Source: Chlamydiia bacterium (GTDB lineage Bacteria > Chlamydiota > Chlamydiia > Chlamydiales > JAYUZV01). From it: a DNA stretch of 53,702 nucleotides. Made by a program: the position numbers and the translations under genes. Below are positions 35,839 to 45,800 of the stretch, piece by piece. Positions within the stretch are counted from its first letter, which is position 1; each line of letters begins with the position of its first letter. Where the stretch lies: contig JAYUZV010000011.1 in NCBI GenBank assembly GCA_043751475.1, positions 1-53,702 on the forward strand, written 5' to 3'. A model generated the notes under the pieces. That model did not search any database. It was given only the letters and a program-made list of their open reading frames with translations, and had not been told where the DNA came from.

Positions 35839-36556
35839 GCGCGATGAAATTACCGAGTTAAAAGCTCAGCTGCTCCTGTTTATCGAAGAGCAAACGGAAG
35901 GTTCTATCCTGCTTACAGAAGAAAATTATCTCTCTCTATTTCCTATTCCAGGTAAAAAAAATATCTCAAAAGTGGTTGCGCCGCCTATTAAGCTCCCTGC
36001 CCCTGCTGCGGAGAGCCAGCCTGAGAAAAAAGCCCCGCCGCAACAGAAAATAGAAGTTGTGCCGGAAATTACCGAAAAAAAGCCGAGCCCCTATTTCGAG
36101 CTCCTTGGAAAAGTTGCACCAAAAATCAAGCTTCATCAGACACTGCTCGATGATAGTACGGCAAAGAGTATGGCCACCCTTTGGGTTGCTAAAAGCAGAT
36201 CTCCTGCACTTGCCATTCTCTATTTCGGAAAAAATAAGGAAGAGCGCCAGCTTCTAGAAAATATCGCTTTTGCCATTTCCAAGATTTTTGATCTCGATAG
36301 TCGCGTTATTAATATGGAAAATGCGGAAGGAGTAGAAAGTGTACAAAAATGGGAGATCCTTCTTGATTCCACGACCCTTCAAAGAGTTATCGCATGTAGC
36401 GATGACATTCAAAAATCGCTCTATTTTGAGAAGTTTCATCAGAATCAGCAGCTAAAAGAGAAACCTCTGCTCATCACTGATCACCCGAAACTCTACCTCA
36501 CCTCACCCATGCAAAAACAGCAGCTCTGGAAGCGTATATGCCTCTTCTTGAATTAA
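35825..36556 (+). CDS. Hypothetical protein with a Pro-rich linker
   Basis: The ORF is open from 35756. ATG 35825 (MEQIKRDE...) reduces the overlap with the previous gene to 14 nt. It contains the linker PPIKLPAPAAESQPEKKAPPQQ. The 3' end overlaps the priA start by 19 nt. Confidence 0.5.
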   Translation: MEQIKRDEITELKAQLLLFIEEQTEGSILLTEENYLSLFPIPGKKNISKVVAPPIKLPAPAAESQPEKKAPPQQKIEVVPEITEKKPSPYFELLGKVAPKIKLHQTLLDDSTAKSMATLWVAKSRSPALAILYFGKNKEERQLLENIAFAISKIFDLDSRVINMENAEGVESVQKWEILLDSTTLQRVIACSDDIQKSLYFEKFHQNQQLKEKPLLITDHPKLYLTSPMQKQQLWKRICLFLN

Positions 36557-38775
36557 CCCAAGCCTACGCAGCGGTTATTTTGGATGATGCGCTAGACAAA
36601 ACGCTTGACTACGCCATTCCAGAGGAAATGATTGGCAAAATAGAGCCCGGCATGCGCGTGGCAGTTCCTCTGCGTAAAGGAATTCGGCGCGGCACTGTTT
36701 TGACACTTAAAGAGCGACCCGATGTGGCAAAAACAGTGCCCATTTCGCACTTGCTATCCGATAGAGCGCTTATTCCGAGCGAGCTAATGACCCTGTCACT
36801 CTGGATGAGCCGCCACTACGCTTCGCCTCTTTCCCAAATTGTCAAATCGATTTTGCCACCGCCCATCCGCGAAGGAATGAAAGAGAAAGTCCAACTCTTT
36901 GTTAAACCGCTTCTCTCAAAAAATGAGATTGCCCTGCTCTGCGAAAAACTGGTGCGCAAAAGAGCCGCCAGCGCGCGCGTTTTAGATGAGATATTGAAAG
37001 CGCCAAGCGGTATTTTTTTATCAGAACTACTTGAAAAAAGCGGCAGCTCTGCCAGTTGCGTGCGCCAGCTCGAGAAAGAGGATGTTTTGCAACTGCTCGA
37101 GATGAGCGTCGATAGGGCCGCTCCCCTTGCCATTGACTTCTTCTCGACAAGCGCAAAACACTTAAGTGCAGAGCAGCAAATCTGCTTAGACGCCATTAAC
37201 AGCAATTTGCATAAGGCTGCATTTAAGACCTTTCTTCTTCACGGCATTACCGGCAGCGGTAAGACAGAGGTCTATATGCAGGCAATGGAACTGGCTTTGC
37301 AGCTTGGAAAGAGTGTTATTATGCTAGTCCCTGAAATTGCACTGACAAGCCAGACAATGGAGCGGCTATCGGCCAGATTTCAGCAGCGCATCGCCATTTT
37401 ACACTGCAGGCTTAGCGAAGGCGAAAAGCGCGATACATGGGAGATGATTAGCCAGGGCAAAATCCAGATTGTCGTAGGTGCCAGGTCGGCTCTTTTTTCA
37501 CCCGTGCAAAACCTGGGTCTAATTATTGTGGATGAAGAGCACGAGAGCTCCTACAAACAGCAAGAGGAGGCCCCCTGCTACCACGCGCGCGACCTGTGCG
37601 TGATGCGCGGCAAGCTTGTTAACGCCACTGTCGTCCTCGGAAGCGCCACGCCAACGCTCGAGAGCTATACCAATGCACTGAGCGGCAAATATGAGCTGCT
37701 CGAGCTAAAAGAGCGCCCGAAAAATGCCCTTCTGCCAAAAAGTACTATCGTCGATATGCGCCGCGAATATGAGCAAAATGGTGGCTATACCCTCTTTTCA
37801 CAAAAACTCCTTGATGGAATTAAAAAACGGCTCGAGCTCGGCGAGCAGATTATTCTCTTTCTCAATCGGCGCGGCTACCACACAACCCAAGTGTGCGGCT
37901 CTTGCGGCGAGGCTGTAGGTTGCCCACACTGCTCTGTCTCGCTCACCTTCCACAGATCACAGGAAAAGCTCTGCTGCCATTTGTGCGGCTACGAGATAGC
38001 GCCACCGCCGCGCAGCTGCACTGCCTGCAAATCGGAAAACACGATGCGCTTTAAAGGGGTTGGAACCGAGCAGGTCGAGCGGGCCATTCACGCCCTATTC
38101 GACGGAATCAGAACGCTTCGTCTTGACGCCGACACAACGCGCCATAAAGGGAGCCACGAAAAGCTCTTGCGCCAGTTTAAATCTGGAAAAGCAGATCTAC
38201 TTATCGGCACCCAGATGATCGCAAAAGGGCTGCACTTTCCGGCGTGTACGCTTGTTGGTATTTTAAACGCAGATTCTAGCCTACATATTCCCGACTTTAG
38301 GGCCAGCGAACAGATGTTTCAGCTGATTACCCAAGTTTCGGGCAGATCTGGCAGATCTGAGCTGCAAGGTGAGGTGGTCATCCAGACGATGCTCCCAGAA
38401 AATGAGACGATTCTCTTCGCTGCTAAGGGCGATTATTTAAACTTTTATAACAGTGAAATTACATCGCGCAAATTTTTTAACTATCCGCCTTACTCCCATT
38501 TTGTCAAATTGACATTTACAGGAAAAGATGAGCGAAAAACAGAATCGCTTGCGAGCCGTTTCCGCGAAATGCTCCTAAAAAAATTACCAGACTCCTTTGA
38601 ACTGCAGCCCGTCTCCCCTTCCGGATACGCCAAAATCAAAGATCTATATCGCTTCAACTGCCTAATTAAAGGACCGCTGACAGCGCCGGTAACAGCCGCC
38701 TACTTAGAGCTAAAACCCCTTTTTACCTCCGCTCGCATCACCATCGATGTCGACCCCACCTCCACCTTCTTCTAG
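36538..38775 (+). CDS. priA: Primosomal protein N' (replication restart helicase PriA)
   Basis: Walker A GITGSGKTEVY, DEEH box, and a Cys-rich zinc-binding insertion CGSCGEAVGCPHC...CCHLCGY...CTAC. Confidence 0.9.
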   Translation: MPLLELTQAYAAVILDDALDKTLDYAIPEEMIGKIEPGMRVAVPLRKGIRRGTVLTLKERPDVAKTVPISHLLSDRALIPSELMTLSLWMSRHYASPLSQIVKSILPPPIREGMKEKVQLFVKPLLSKNEIALLCEKLVRKRAASARVLDEILKAPSGIFLSELLEKSGSSASCVRQLEKEDVLQLLEMSVDRAAPLAIDFFSTSAKHLSAEQQICLDAINSNLHKAAFKTFLLHGITGSGKTEVYMQAMELALQLGKSVIMLVPEIALTSQTMERLSARFQQRIAILHCRLSEGEKRDTWEMISQGKIQIVVGARSALFSPVQNLGLIIVDEEHESSYKQQEEAPCYHARDLCVMRGKLVNATVVLGSATPTLESYTNALSGKYELLELKERPKNALLPKSTIVDMRREYEQNGGYTLFSQKLLDGIKKRLELGEQIILFLNRRGYHTTQVCGSCGEAVGCPHCSVSLTFHRSQEKLCCHLCGYEIAPPPRSCTACKSENTMRFKGVGTEQVERAIHALFDGIRTLRLDADTTRHKGSHEKLLRQFKSGKADLLIGTQMIAKGLHFPACTLVGILNADSSLHIPDFRASEQMFQLITQVSGRSGRSELQGEVVIQTMLPENETILFAAKGDYLNFYNSEITSRKFFNYPPYSHFVKLTFTGKDERKTESLASRFREMLLKKLPDSFELQPVSPSGYAKIKDLYRFNCLIKGPLTAPVTAAYLELKPLFTSARITIDVDPTSTFF

Positions 38776-38789
38776 CACCGATTACACCA

Positions 38790-39050
38790 CAAGAAAAGAA
38801 AGGAAAATTGGCACGGATAACAGGATAAGAAAGGATAAGGAAAGAAAGAGAAAAGGGGAGGATAAATGAAAAAACACGGTTTTTTCATTTGTTCCTCGGG
38901 TTTTGCAAAGAGCAAAACCCCGCTCCTCCGGAGTGGCAACCCTCTCTGCAGTAGCTCTAGCTTTAGAGGTTTTACTATTTAATTATTTTTTTCTTACTTA
39001 TCCTTTCTTATCCTGTTATCCGTGCCAACCCTCTTTCTTTTTTTATCCTT
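38790..39050 (+). repeat. Palindromic intergenic element R5 (short variant-A arms, core in + orientation)
   Basis: Left arm aaattggcacggataacaggataagaaaggataagg (38805..38840). Right arm cttacttatcctttcttatcctgttatccgtgccaaccc (38993..39030). The core is at 38855..38951. Hairpin B is at 38898..38920 (gggttttgc / gcaaaaccc). Confidence 0.85.
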
Positions 39051-39137
39051 TTCAAATCCTGCGATCCTTGCAGAGCTTGAGAATTATCAGGGCTGTCGGC
39101 TATTCTTAAGGCTTATATCTAATTGGAGAAAAGCTCT

Positions 39138-40706
39138 GTGAACTTCCCCCCCCCGCACTACCATACTGAAGATGAATTTCAACAGCGCTCCCGCAAATTA
39201 GAGGAGATCATCGCCCTCGGAATTGATCCCTACCCAGCGAGATGCGCCCCAACAGATTCGGCAAAGGCGGTTCAAACCACATATGCGGGCAATGCAATTG
39301 GCGATAGCGAAGCTGCTGGCAGCGGCAAAACACCAAGAGCCATCCTTGCCGGCCGTATGGTTCTATTCCGCGAAATGGGCAAAAATGCTTTTGCGCAAAT
39401 TGAGGACTCCTCTGGAATCATTCAGCTGATGTTTAACCGCGATATTACGCAAGTTAAAGGACTTAAATTAGATAGCGACATTACCCCAATTAAATTTATC
39501 GAAAAATATATCCATCTGGGCGATTTTATCTCCGTTGAAGGACACCTCTTCCGCACACAAAAAGGCGAGATCACCCTCTTTGTGCACACTTGTACGCTCG
39601 CGTGCAAAGCACTTCTTCCACTGCCCGATAAACATAAAGGGCTGACAGACCCTGAACTGCGCCACCGCAAGCGCTGGCTCGATCTAATTGCTAATAAAGA
39701 TGTGCGCGAAACCTTTATTTTGCGCAGCCGTATTGTCCGCATGATCCGCAACTACTTCGATGAACTCAAATTTATGGAAGTCGAAACACCGATACTCCAG
39801 AACAGTTACGGAGGCGCTGCAGCCAAGCCATTTACAACCAAGCTGCTCGCAAAAGATCAGCCTCTTTTTATGCGTATCGCCCTTGAAATTTCATTAAAAA
39901 AGATTGTGATTGGCGGAATTGACCGAATTTTTGAAATTGGGAAGAACTTCCGCAACGAAGGTCTTGATAGAACCCATAACCCAGAATTTACCATGTTAGA
40001 AGCGTACGGCGCTTATATGGATTACAATGAGATGATGGTGGTGACCGAGAAGTTATTTGAAAAAATTGCCCTGGAACTTTTTGGTAAAACAACCATTGAA
40101 GTGCATGGTGATGGCGATGAGATTATCGAACTTTCGCTAAAAGCACCATGGAAACGCCTGTCGATGAAGGGTGCCATTTTGGAATATGGAAAAATTGATG
40201 TCGATGTTAAGAGCACCGAGCAGCTGCGTGACATTTTACGCAATCTCGGCTCACTGCCTCCTGCCAAGTATGAAAAAGCAGCGCGCGGATCCCTCATTGC
40301 ACTGCTATTTGAAGAGACGGCCGAAAAACATCTGATTCAGCCCCACCACATCATCGACCACCCAATTGAGACAACGCCTCTGTGCAAACTGCATAGCGAC
40401 CCTAAATTGCGCGAGGAGCGCTTTGTTGAGCGATTTGAAACCTTTATTTTGGGACGCGAATTTTGCAACGCCTACACCGAGCTTAACGACCCGGTTCTGC
40501 AGCGCGAACTCTTAATCGACCAGGCGCAAAAGCGCCTCTCTGGCGATGAAGAAGCTGTGCCGCTGGATGAGGAGTTTATCGAAGCGATCTGTCAAGGACT
40601 TCCCCCTTGCGGTGGCCTTGGGGTTGGCATCGACCGGCTGGTGATGCTTTTTGCCAACCGCCGCAACATCGCCGATGTGATCTTCTTCCCCTTCATGGCT
40701 CATTAG
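39138..40706 (+). CDS. lysS: Lysyl-tRNA synthetase, class II
   Basis: FRNEG, NPEFTMLE and GGLGVGIDRLVM class II motifs, plus an N-terminal OB anticodon-binding region. The ORF is open from TTG 39123. GTG 39138 has GGAG 9 nt upstream and is preferred. Confidence 0.9.
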   Translation: MNFPPPHYHTEDEFQQRSRKLEEIIALGIDPYPARCAPTDSAKAVQTTYAGNAIGDSEAAGSGKTPRAILAGRMVLFREMGKNAFAQIEDSSGIIQLMFNRDITQVKGLKLDSDITPIKFIEKYIHLGDFISVEGHLFRTQKGEITLFVHTCTLACKALLPLPDKHKGLTDPELRHRKRWLDLIANKDVRETFILRSRIVRMIRNYFDELKFMEVETPILQNSYGGAAAKPFTTKLLAKDQPLFMRIALEISLKKIVIGGIDRIFEIGKNFRNEGLDRTHNPEFTMLEAYGAYMDYNEMMVVTEKLFEKIALELFGKTTIEVHGDGDEIIELSLKAPWKRLSMKGAILEYGKIDVDVKSTEQLRDILRNLGSLPPAKYEKAARGSLIALLFEETAEKHLIQPHHIIDHPIETTPLCKLHSDPKLREERFVERFETFILGREFCNAYTELNDPVLQRELLIDQAQKRLSGDEEAVPLDEEFIEAICQGLPPCGGLGVGIDRLVMLFANRRNIADVIFFPFMAH

Positions 40707-41030
40707 CAAGATCAGCAAGGATAAAGCAGCAAGAAAGCAAGAAAGAAAAATTGGCACGGATAACAGGATAAGAAAGGATAAAGAAAGAAAAAATTAATTA
40801 AATTAAAAAGCCTATTTACTTATAAAGCTAGACCTACTGCAGAGAGGGTTGCCGCTCCGGAGGAGCTGGATTTCGCTTCTTAGCGAAATCCGAGGAACAA
40901 ATGAAAAAACGTTGTTTTTTTCATTTATCCTACCCTTATCTCCTTTCTTTCTTATCCTCGCCTTATCCTGTCCATCCTGTATCCTGCTAACTCTCTTCCT
41001 TTTTCTTTCTTTTCTTATCCTTGCTGACAT
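40707..41030 (-). repeat. Palindromic intergenic element R6 (variant-A left arm, variant-B right arm, core in - orientation)
   Basis: The core is at 40837..40935 on the minus strand. Hairpin B is at 40868..40891 (ggatttcgc / gcgaaatcc). The terminal inverted pair atcagcaaggataa (40711..40724) / ttatccttgctga (41017..41029) overlaps the last codons and stop of ORF 41015..41332. Confidence 0.85.
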
Positions 41031-41332
41031 AAGATTTTGATGAGGATGGCTCTGCCTCGAGCGGTGAGGGAGATTATGGGCGAGCGGAGACGGTGGTCGC
41101 GTAGACTCTTCTGCTTGTGGTGCATCCGCTCGCTATCTTCCTCATCATCGCTATTCTCTTTTTTATGAATTGCGTTAATGCGGCTTAATGTTTGAATCAC
41201 ATTGGTTGTTTGAACAGGAGTTAGTCCAACTTCTCTTGCAATGATGTCCGAATCGACATACTCTTCCGATTCACCCACATGTTTCTGTAGAGCGATCAGA
41301 TATTTTTCATCGTGCGTCAGCTTTCCGCTCAT
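41015..41332 (-). CDS. Hypothetical small protein, possibly helix-turn-helix-like, co-transcribed downstream of cysS
   Basis: 105-aa ORF that starts 2 nt after the cysS stop. It has an acidic or basic low-complexity middle. Its last 4 codons and stop codon lie inside the arm of repeat R6. Confidence 0.5.
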   Translation of the reverse strand: MSGKLTHDEKYLIALQKHVGESEEYVDSDIIAREVGLTPVQTTNVIQTLSRINAIHKKENSDDEEDSERMHHKQKSLRDHRLRSPIISLTARGRAILIKILCQQG

Positions 41333-41334
41333 TT

Positions 41335-42768
41335 TTACCCTTTACTCACTTTTTTTAATTTGGCCTCGCCATTTGGCAGATCCTCAATTTTATAGCCAAG
41401 CAGTTGGAGCTCATCGCGGTAGCTATCAGCCTCTTTCCATGCTTTGGTGGCCCTTGCCTGCTGGCGCTTCTTTAAAAGAGCCAGCGCCTCCTCTGGAGCT
41501 GCCTCTTCGCTCTCTTTCACAAGAACTCCTAGTACTGAATCAATTTTGGTAAGCCATTGCAGCACAAGATCTGCTTCACCTTTACCAAGACGCTCCTCAT
41601 CGCAAAGCTGATTGACAGCGCGCACCAGATCAAAAAGAGTACTAATTGCAACAGAGATGTTTAAATCATCCGCAAGCGCTGCAGAAAAACTCTCATCTGC
41701 ATCGCGCAGTAAAATTTGCAGTGATGAGGATGGCATCTCATTTTCTATTGCCCTTAATCGCTCGCAAAAATTGTCCAGTCGCATCAGCGCATTACGCGCC
41801 GCTAAAAGCCCCTCAAATGTGAAGTTGAGCTGCTTGCGGTAGTGCACTTGGAGCAGCGCATAGCGCACCTCTCTGCCACTATACCCTTTTGCAAGCAGAT
41901 CGCGTAGGAGGTAGAAGTTGCCTAAACTCTTCGACATCTTGCGATTGTCCACCAGCAAGTGCTCCACATGCATCCAGTGAGCGGCAAAGGTGTGGGCACA
42001 GCCCGAGGAGCACTCCGACTGGGCAATCTCGTTCTCGTGGTGCGGAAAGATCAAGTCAACCCCGCCGGCATGGATGTCCACTGTCTGCCCCAAAAGTTCA
42101 CGCGCCATTGCCGAGCACTCGATATGCCATCCAGGACGCCCTGGCCCAAATGGGCTCTCCCAGAAATTTTCCCCATCGCGCTCCTTATCATAATGTTTCC
42201 AGAGGACAAAATCGGCCGCCTGCTCTTTGTCATACTCATCTTTTGCATTCGCACTTGAAGCATTATCAAGCAGTTCACTTAAGTTTAAGTGCGAGAGCTT
42301 GCCGTAATCTGGAAATTTGCGGATAGAAAAGTAGACGCTCCCATCAGCGCCCTTATAAGCAAAGCCTCTATCCAAAAGCTTCTCTATCATGGCAATCATC
42401 TGCGGCAGATAAGCCGTTGCTTCTGGGTTGTGATGGGCTGGTAGAATATGAAGGGCGTGCAAATCCTCAGCAAAAGCCTTCTTATAGCGCGCTGTAAAGG
42501 CAGCAAGGCTCACCTTTTCTCGCATCGCACCATCAATTGTCTTATCGTCAATATCGGTTAAATTCATCACATGAAGCGGATTTAGCCCAAAGTAGGTCAG
42601 TGTGCGGCGCAGCAGATCGAGCGCGACATAGGTGCGGAAATTGCCGATATGGGCGTAGTTGTAGACAGTTGGACCGCAAGTGTATAGCGTACACCGACCT
42701 TGATGCAGCGGCTCGACAGGTTTAAGGGTTAAGCTTTTTGTGTCGTATAAGTGCACTCTATTTTTCAC
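41335..42768 (-). CDS. cysS: Cysteinyl-tRNA synthetase
   Basis: HIGN (YNYAHIGNFR) and KMSKS motifs. GTG start at 42768, with an alternative GTG at 42756. Confidence 0.95.
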   Translation of the reverse strand: MKNRVHLYDTKSLTLKPVEPLHQGRCTLYTCGPTVYNYAHIGNFRTYVALDLLRRTLTYFGLNPLHVMNLTDIDDKTIDGAMREKVSLAAFTARYKKAFAEDLHALHILPAHHNPEATAYLPQMIAMIEKLLDRGFAYKGADGSVYFSIRKFPDYGKLSHLNLSELLDNASSANAKDEYDKEQAADFVLWKHYDKERDGENFWESPFGPGRPGWHIECSAMARELLGQTVDIHAGGVDLIFPHHENEIAQSECSSGCAHTFAAHWMHVEHLLVDNRKMSKSLGNFYLLRDLLAKGYSGREVRYALLQVHYRKQLNFTFEGLLAARNALMRLDNFCERLRAIENEMPSSSLQILLRDADESFSAALADDLNISVAISTLFDLVRAVNQLCDEERLGKGEADLVLQWLTKIDSVLGVLVKESEEAAPEEALALLKKRQQARATKAWKEADSYRDELQLLGYKIEDLPNGEAKLKKVSKG

Positions 42769-44404
42769 GTCTCACCTGAAAATCTTTTGCTAATTGAATA
42801 TAATTGATCTTGCCAACCAGAGTCAGAGGCAACCCTTTGGAATAGGTAAGAATATCGCTGATGCGCACGAGTGATGAGTACCCTTCCGCCTCTAAAAAGC
42901 TGCCCAGCAGGGCCACATCAATTGTCTCCTCTTTTCTACCTGCTGCAAATCCAATAGAAGCCTGAATTACTCCCTTTTTACCCGCTTCTTCATAGCCGGT
43001 AAGTGCAATTTGAATGCCATCGTCAAAAAGGTTGTGCAAATGCTTGCTAAGATCGCGTTCAACACGGGTGAGCGACACCATTTCACCGCCAATTTTAACA
43101 AAACGCTTAAGGCGTCCCGAAATGACTAAATTGCCATTTGTGTCGATGTAGCCGCAATCACCTGTACGCAACCAATCCCTGCCATCAATAGCTGTAAAAA
43201 CTTTTTTGCGCTCGCCGAGGTAGCCGTAAAAAACAGAGGGCGCCGAGACGCAGATCTCCCCCTCCTGGCCATAGGGAAGTGGAACCTTTGTCTCCCTATC
43301 AATAAAGGCTAGTTCAACACCGGGCAGAGGCGTTCCTACACCCGATTTTGGGCGCTCTGGCCTATTGGATGCGATCACTGGCGAACACTCAGTAAGGCCA
43401 TAACCTTCAAGAAAATAGCCATTTGGGCAGAGCTGCTCTGTTGCTGCATAGAGCTCATTTGGCGCTTTTTCAGAGCCGGAAACAACCAGCCTTATAGAGT
43501 GAAGCGCATCTTGCTGATCGGACCTTTTTACACTCTGAAAAAGGGCCTGCAAAAAGAGAGGGGCGCTCATCAAAATGGTTGCTGAATTCTTCTCAATTAT
43601 CCCCGCAATTGTCTTGCTCTCAAGCGGATTTGGCGTATAGACAGCCCGTACACCGGTAAGAATGGGTAAAAGACCGGTTGTTGAAAAGCCAAACGAGTGA
43701 AAAGGCGGAAGAGCACTTAAAAAAACATCATCTTTAGTAAAAGCGAGCGGCTCTGCAAGAGCTATAAAGTTAGAGAGCAAGTTTGTGTGCGATAGTGGAA
43801 CACCCTTCGGCTCGGCTTCAGTTCCGCTAGTAAATAGAATCACAGCGGGTGCATGAGGATCTATCTCATGAACTCCCAAAAGCTCCAAAATACGCTCCGG
43901 TTCATGGCGAGAGAGCCACCACCCGGAGAGCTTATCCCACCAAGAGATTTTCTCCTTAATCTCTTCAAGAGAAACTACAATCTTCTGAAGCGCTCCTAAA
44001 TCTGGTTTCACCTTTTCAAGAAACTTACTTGACGAGATAATCGTCTCAAAACCGGCAACGGCCTGGGTGGATTTAAGCGGATTTGACCCTAGTGTCCAGT
44101 TGAGCATGACAGGTATTTTTCCAGACAGCAGAATAGCAAAAACAGTCACCATTGCGGCAACCGATGAGGGAAGAAGCACAGCAATCCTATCCCCTGGAAG
44201 TTCTCTGATTTGGCCGGCTAAAATAAGTGCGTGAAGCTGCAACTTTTTGTAAGACAGAAGGCCACTACTCTCATCTTTAATTGCAGACCATTTACCAAAT
44301 TTTTCGCACACACGCAGTAGGGACTCTTGAATAGTAGTGCCCAGCGGAAACGTTGGATCTGGCCTATTGCAATCTGGCCAGCCACTTATTTTCTTATCAT
44401 TCAT
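42758..44404 (-). CDS. AMP-dependent acyl-ACP/acyl-CoA synthetase (adenylate-forming enzyme)
   Basis: FTSGTEAEPKGV (AMP-binding motif), EGYGLTE and GDCGYIDTNGNLVISGRLKRFVKIGGEMV. Confidence 0.8.
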   Translation of the reverse strand: MNDKKISGWPDCNRPDPTFPLGTTIQESLLRVCEKFGKWSAIKDESSGLLSYKKLQLHALILAGQIRELPGDRIAVLLPSSVAAMVTVFAILLSGKIPVMLNWTLGSNPLKSTQAVAGFETIISSSKFLEKVKPDLGALQKIVVSLEEIKEKISWWDKLSGWWLSRHEPERILELLGVHEIDPHAPAVILFTSGTEAEPKGVPLSHTNLLSNFIALAEPLAFTKDDVFLSALPPFHSFGFSTTGLLPILTGVRAVYTPNPLESKTIAGIIEKNSATILMSAPLFLQALFQSVKRSDQQDALHSIRLVVSGSEKAPNELYAATEQLCPNGYFLEGYGLTECSPVIASNRPERPKSGVGTPLPGVELAFIDRETKVPLPYGQEGEICVSAPSVFYGYLGERKKVFTAIDGRDWLRTGDCGYIDTNGNLVISGRLKRFVKIGGEMVSLTRVERDLSKHLHNLFDDGIQIALTGYEEAGKKGVIQASIGFAAGRKEETIDVALLGSFLEAEGYSSLVRISDILTYSKGLPLTLVGKINYIQLAKDFQVRREK

Positions 44405-44437
44405 AACAAGAGAATTATCCTCACATTAACCCTCATT

Positions 44438-45787
44438 CTAACCAAATGGCAGAGAAAACCACAATGCTCTTTGTGCCTCTGCTTGCAGCTCAAACATTCT
44501 GTCGCCACAAATGACGCTGCAGCCGCGTATAAGTGCCGCCTTAAGCAGGTGGGTCTCTTTGGGATTATAGTTGACATCCATCACAAGGACGGGAAAGGGA
44601 ATAGTTACCCCCTCTGGTACTATCCCTGCGGGGAGCGCATTAACCAAAATGTCAAAGGGCGCTTCCATCTCTGAAAAATTACCCCCATGACCGCCAAATT
44701 GCGCGGCTAATTTTCGCGCTTTTTCCCCATCTCTGCCAAAAATTAGCAGATCAGCCCCGCGAAACGCTGCCTCCTGCGCTATTCCTTTTGCCGCACCACC
44801 TGTTCCAAGAATGGCAAGGCGCTTGCCCTCTACAGGCATTTTCTCTTCAATCGCATCAAGTGCCGCTATGCCATCCGTATTTGCACCCACAACCCGACTC
44901 CCAGTAAAAAGCAGCGTATTGACACTACCTCTCTCGCCTAAAAAGGAAGCCACCACTTCCTTCAGCGGCATTGTCACGCTAACCCCTTTAAAACCGAACC
45001 GATTAGCTAGCAGCAGAAAAGTTTCCATCTCGCCTATCTCAAGATCCATTTTTACATAAACAGCATCCTTCCCTTCTTCAGAAAAGCGCCTATTGTGGTA
45101 GATGTGGCCCAGACTATTTTTGGTAGGATTGCCAATTAAGCCGTAGACTTGTGTCGCACCCGAGAGATTTTTGTAGCGGTAAATGGCCACAAAATCAGAA
45201 AGAGTGATCTGCCCAGGATCTGTTTTGCCCCCCTCACCTAAAGCGGCATAGTTGATGACATTGCCATTAACAGCGCCCAAAACGCGCGCAAAAGCACCCC
45301 GTTCCCCCATGCAAATCAGGCTTATTTTAGGCAAAGTCCGCGCAAAAAGAAGGTGGGCAAGTGCCTCATTTGCAGAGTCCAGCTGAATCGCTATTTTGTA
45401 GGTGCAGGCTGGATAGATAGCCATCTGTCGGTAGAGCTCGTCTACCCCCTCCATGCCAATTTTTTTAAAAACGTGGCAAGAGATAACAAATTTAAGATGA
45501 CTAAAGTCATCCATTATCTCGCTAATAAAAGCGGGATCTAAATCATACTCAAGATCCAAAAAGGCGGGGCCCAAACCGGCCATTTTCCAAATAATAGCCT
45601 CTCTATTACCTGTAAAAGCTCCCCCATGCTTTTTACTTCTAAGCGTAAGCATGACAGGGACGGGACAAACCATGATAAAATGGTCAATTTTCGCAAAATC
45701 AATGCGGTCAAGCAGATCAACCCGCACCTCAACCCCATCGCACCCATCAGGCACTTCATCCAAACTCCGCACCACAACAAACAGCAT
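44438..45787 (-). CDS. aroDE: Bifunctional 3-dehydroquinate dehydratase / shikimate 5-dehydrogenase
   Basis: The N-terminal 200 aa or so are type I DHQase-like. The C-terminal half has shikimate dehydrogenase features (LIGNPTKNSLGHIYHN, the GTGGAAKG Rossmann loop, NTDG). Confidence 0.85.
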   Translation of the reverse strand: MLFVVVRSLDEVPDGCDGVEVRVDLLDRIDFAKIDHFIMVCPVPVMLTLRSKKHGGAFTGNREAIIWKMAGLGPAFLDLEYDLDPAFISEIMDDFSHLKFVISCHVFKKIGMEGVDELYRQMAIYPACTYKIAIQLDSANEALAHLLFARTLPKISLICMGERGAFARVLGAVNGNVINYAALGEGGKTDPGQITLSDFVAIYRYKNLSGATQVYGLIGNPTKNSLGHIYHNRRFSEEGKDAVYVKMDLEIGEMETFLLLANRFGFKGVSVTMPLKEVVASFLGERGSVNTLLFTGSRVVGANTDGIAALDAIEEKMPVEGKRLAILGTGGAAKGIAQEAAFRGADLLIFGRDGEKARKLAAQFGGHGGNFSEMEAPFDILVNALPAGIVPEGVTIPFPVLVMDVNYNPKETHLLKAALIRGCSVICGDRMFELQAEAQRALWFSLPFG

Positions 45788-45800
45788 CTATGACTCCTAA

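Noticed and set aside
41889-42326. Cluster of plus-strand ORFs (41889-42326, 41959-42258, 41990-42193) opposite cysS, and 36816-37205 / 36902-37156 opposite priA.
   Set aside because: They are antisense to genes with unambiguous signature motifs (HIGN/KMSKS in cysS; Walker A and DEEH in priA). Multiple overlapping frames indicate chance ORFs.
44327-44674. 115-aa plus-strand ORF spanning the junction between the acyl-synthetase gene and aroDE.
   Set aside because: It overlaps the start of one well-supported minus-strand gene and the end of another, and has no motif or signals.
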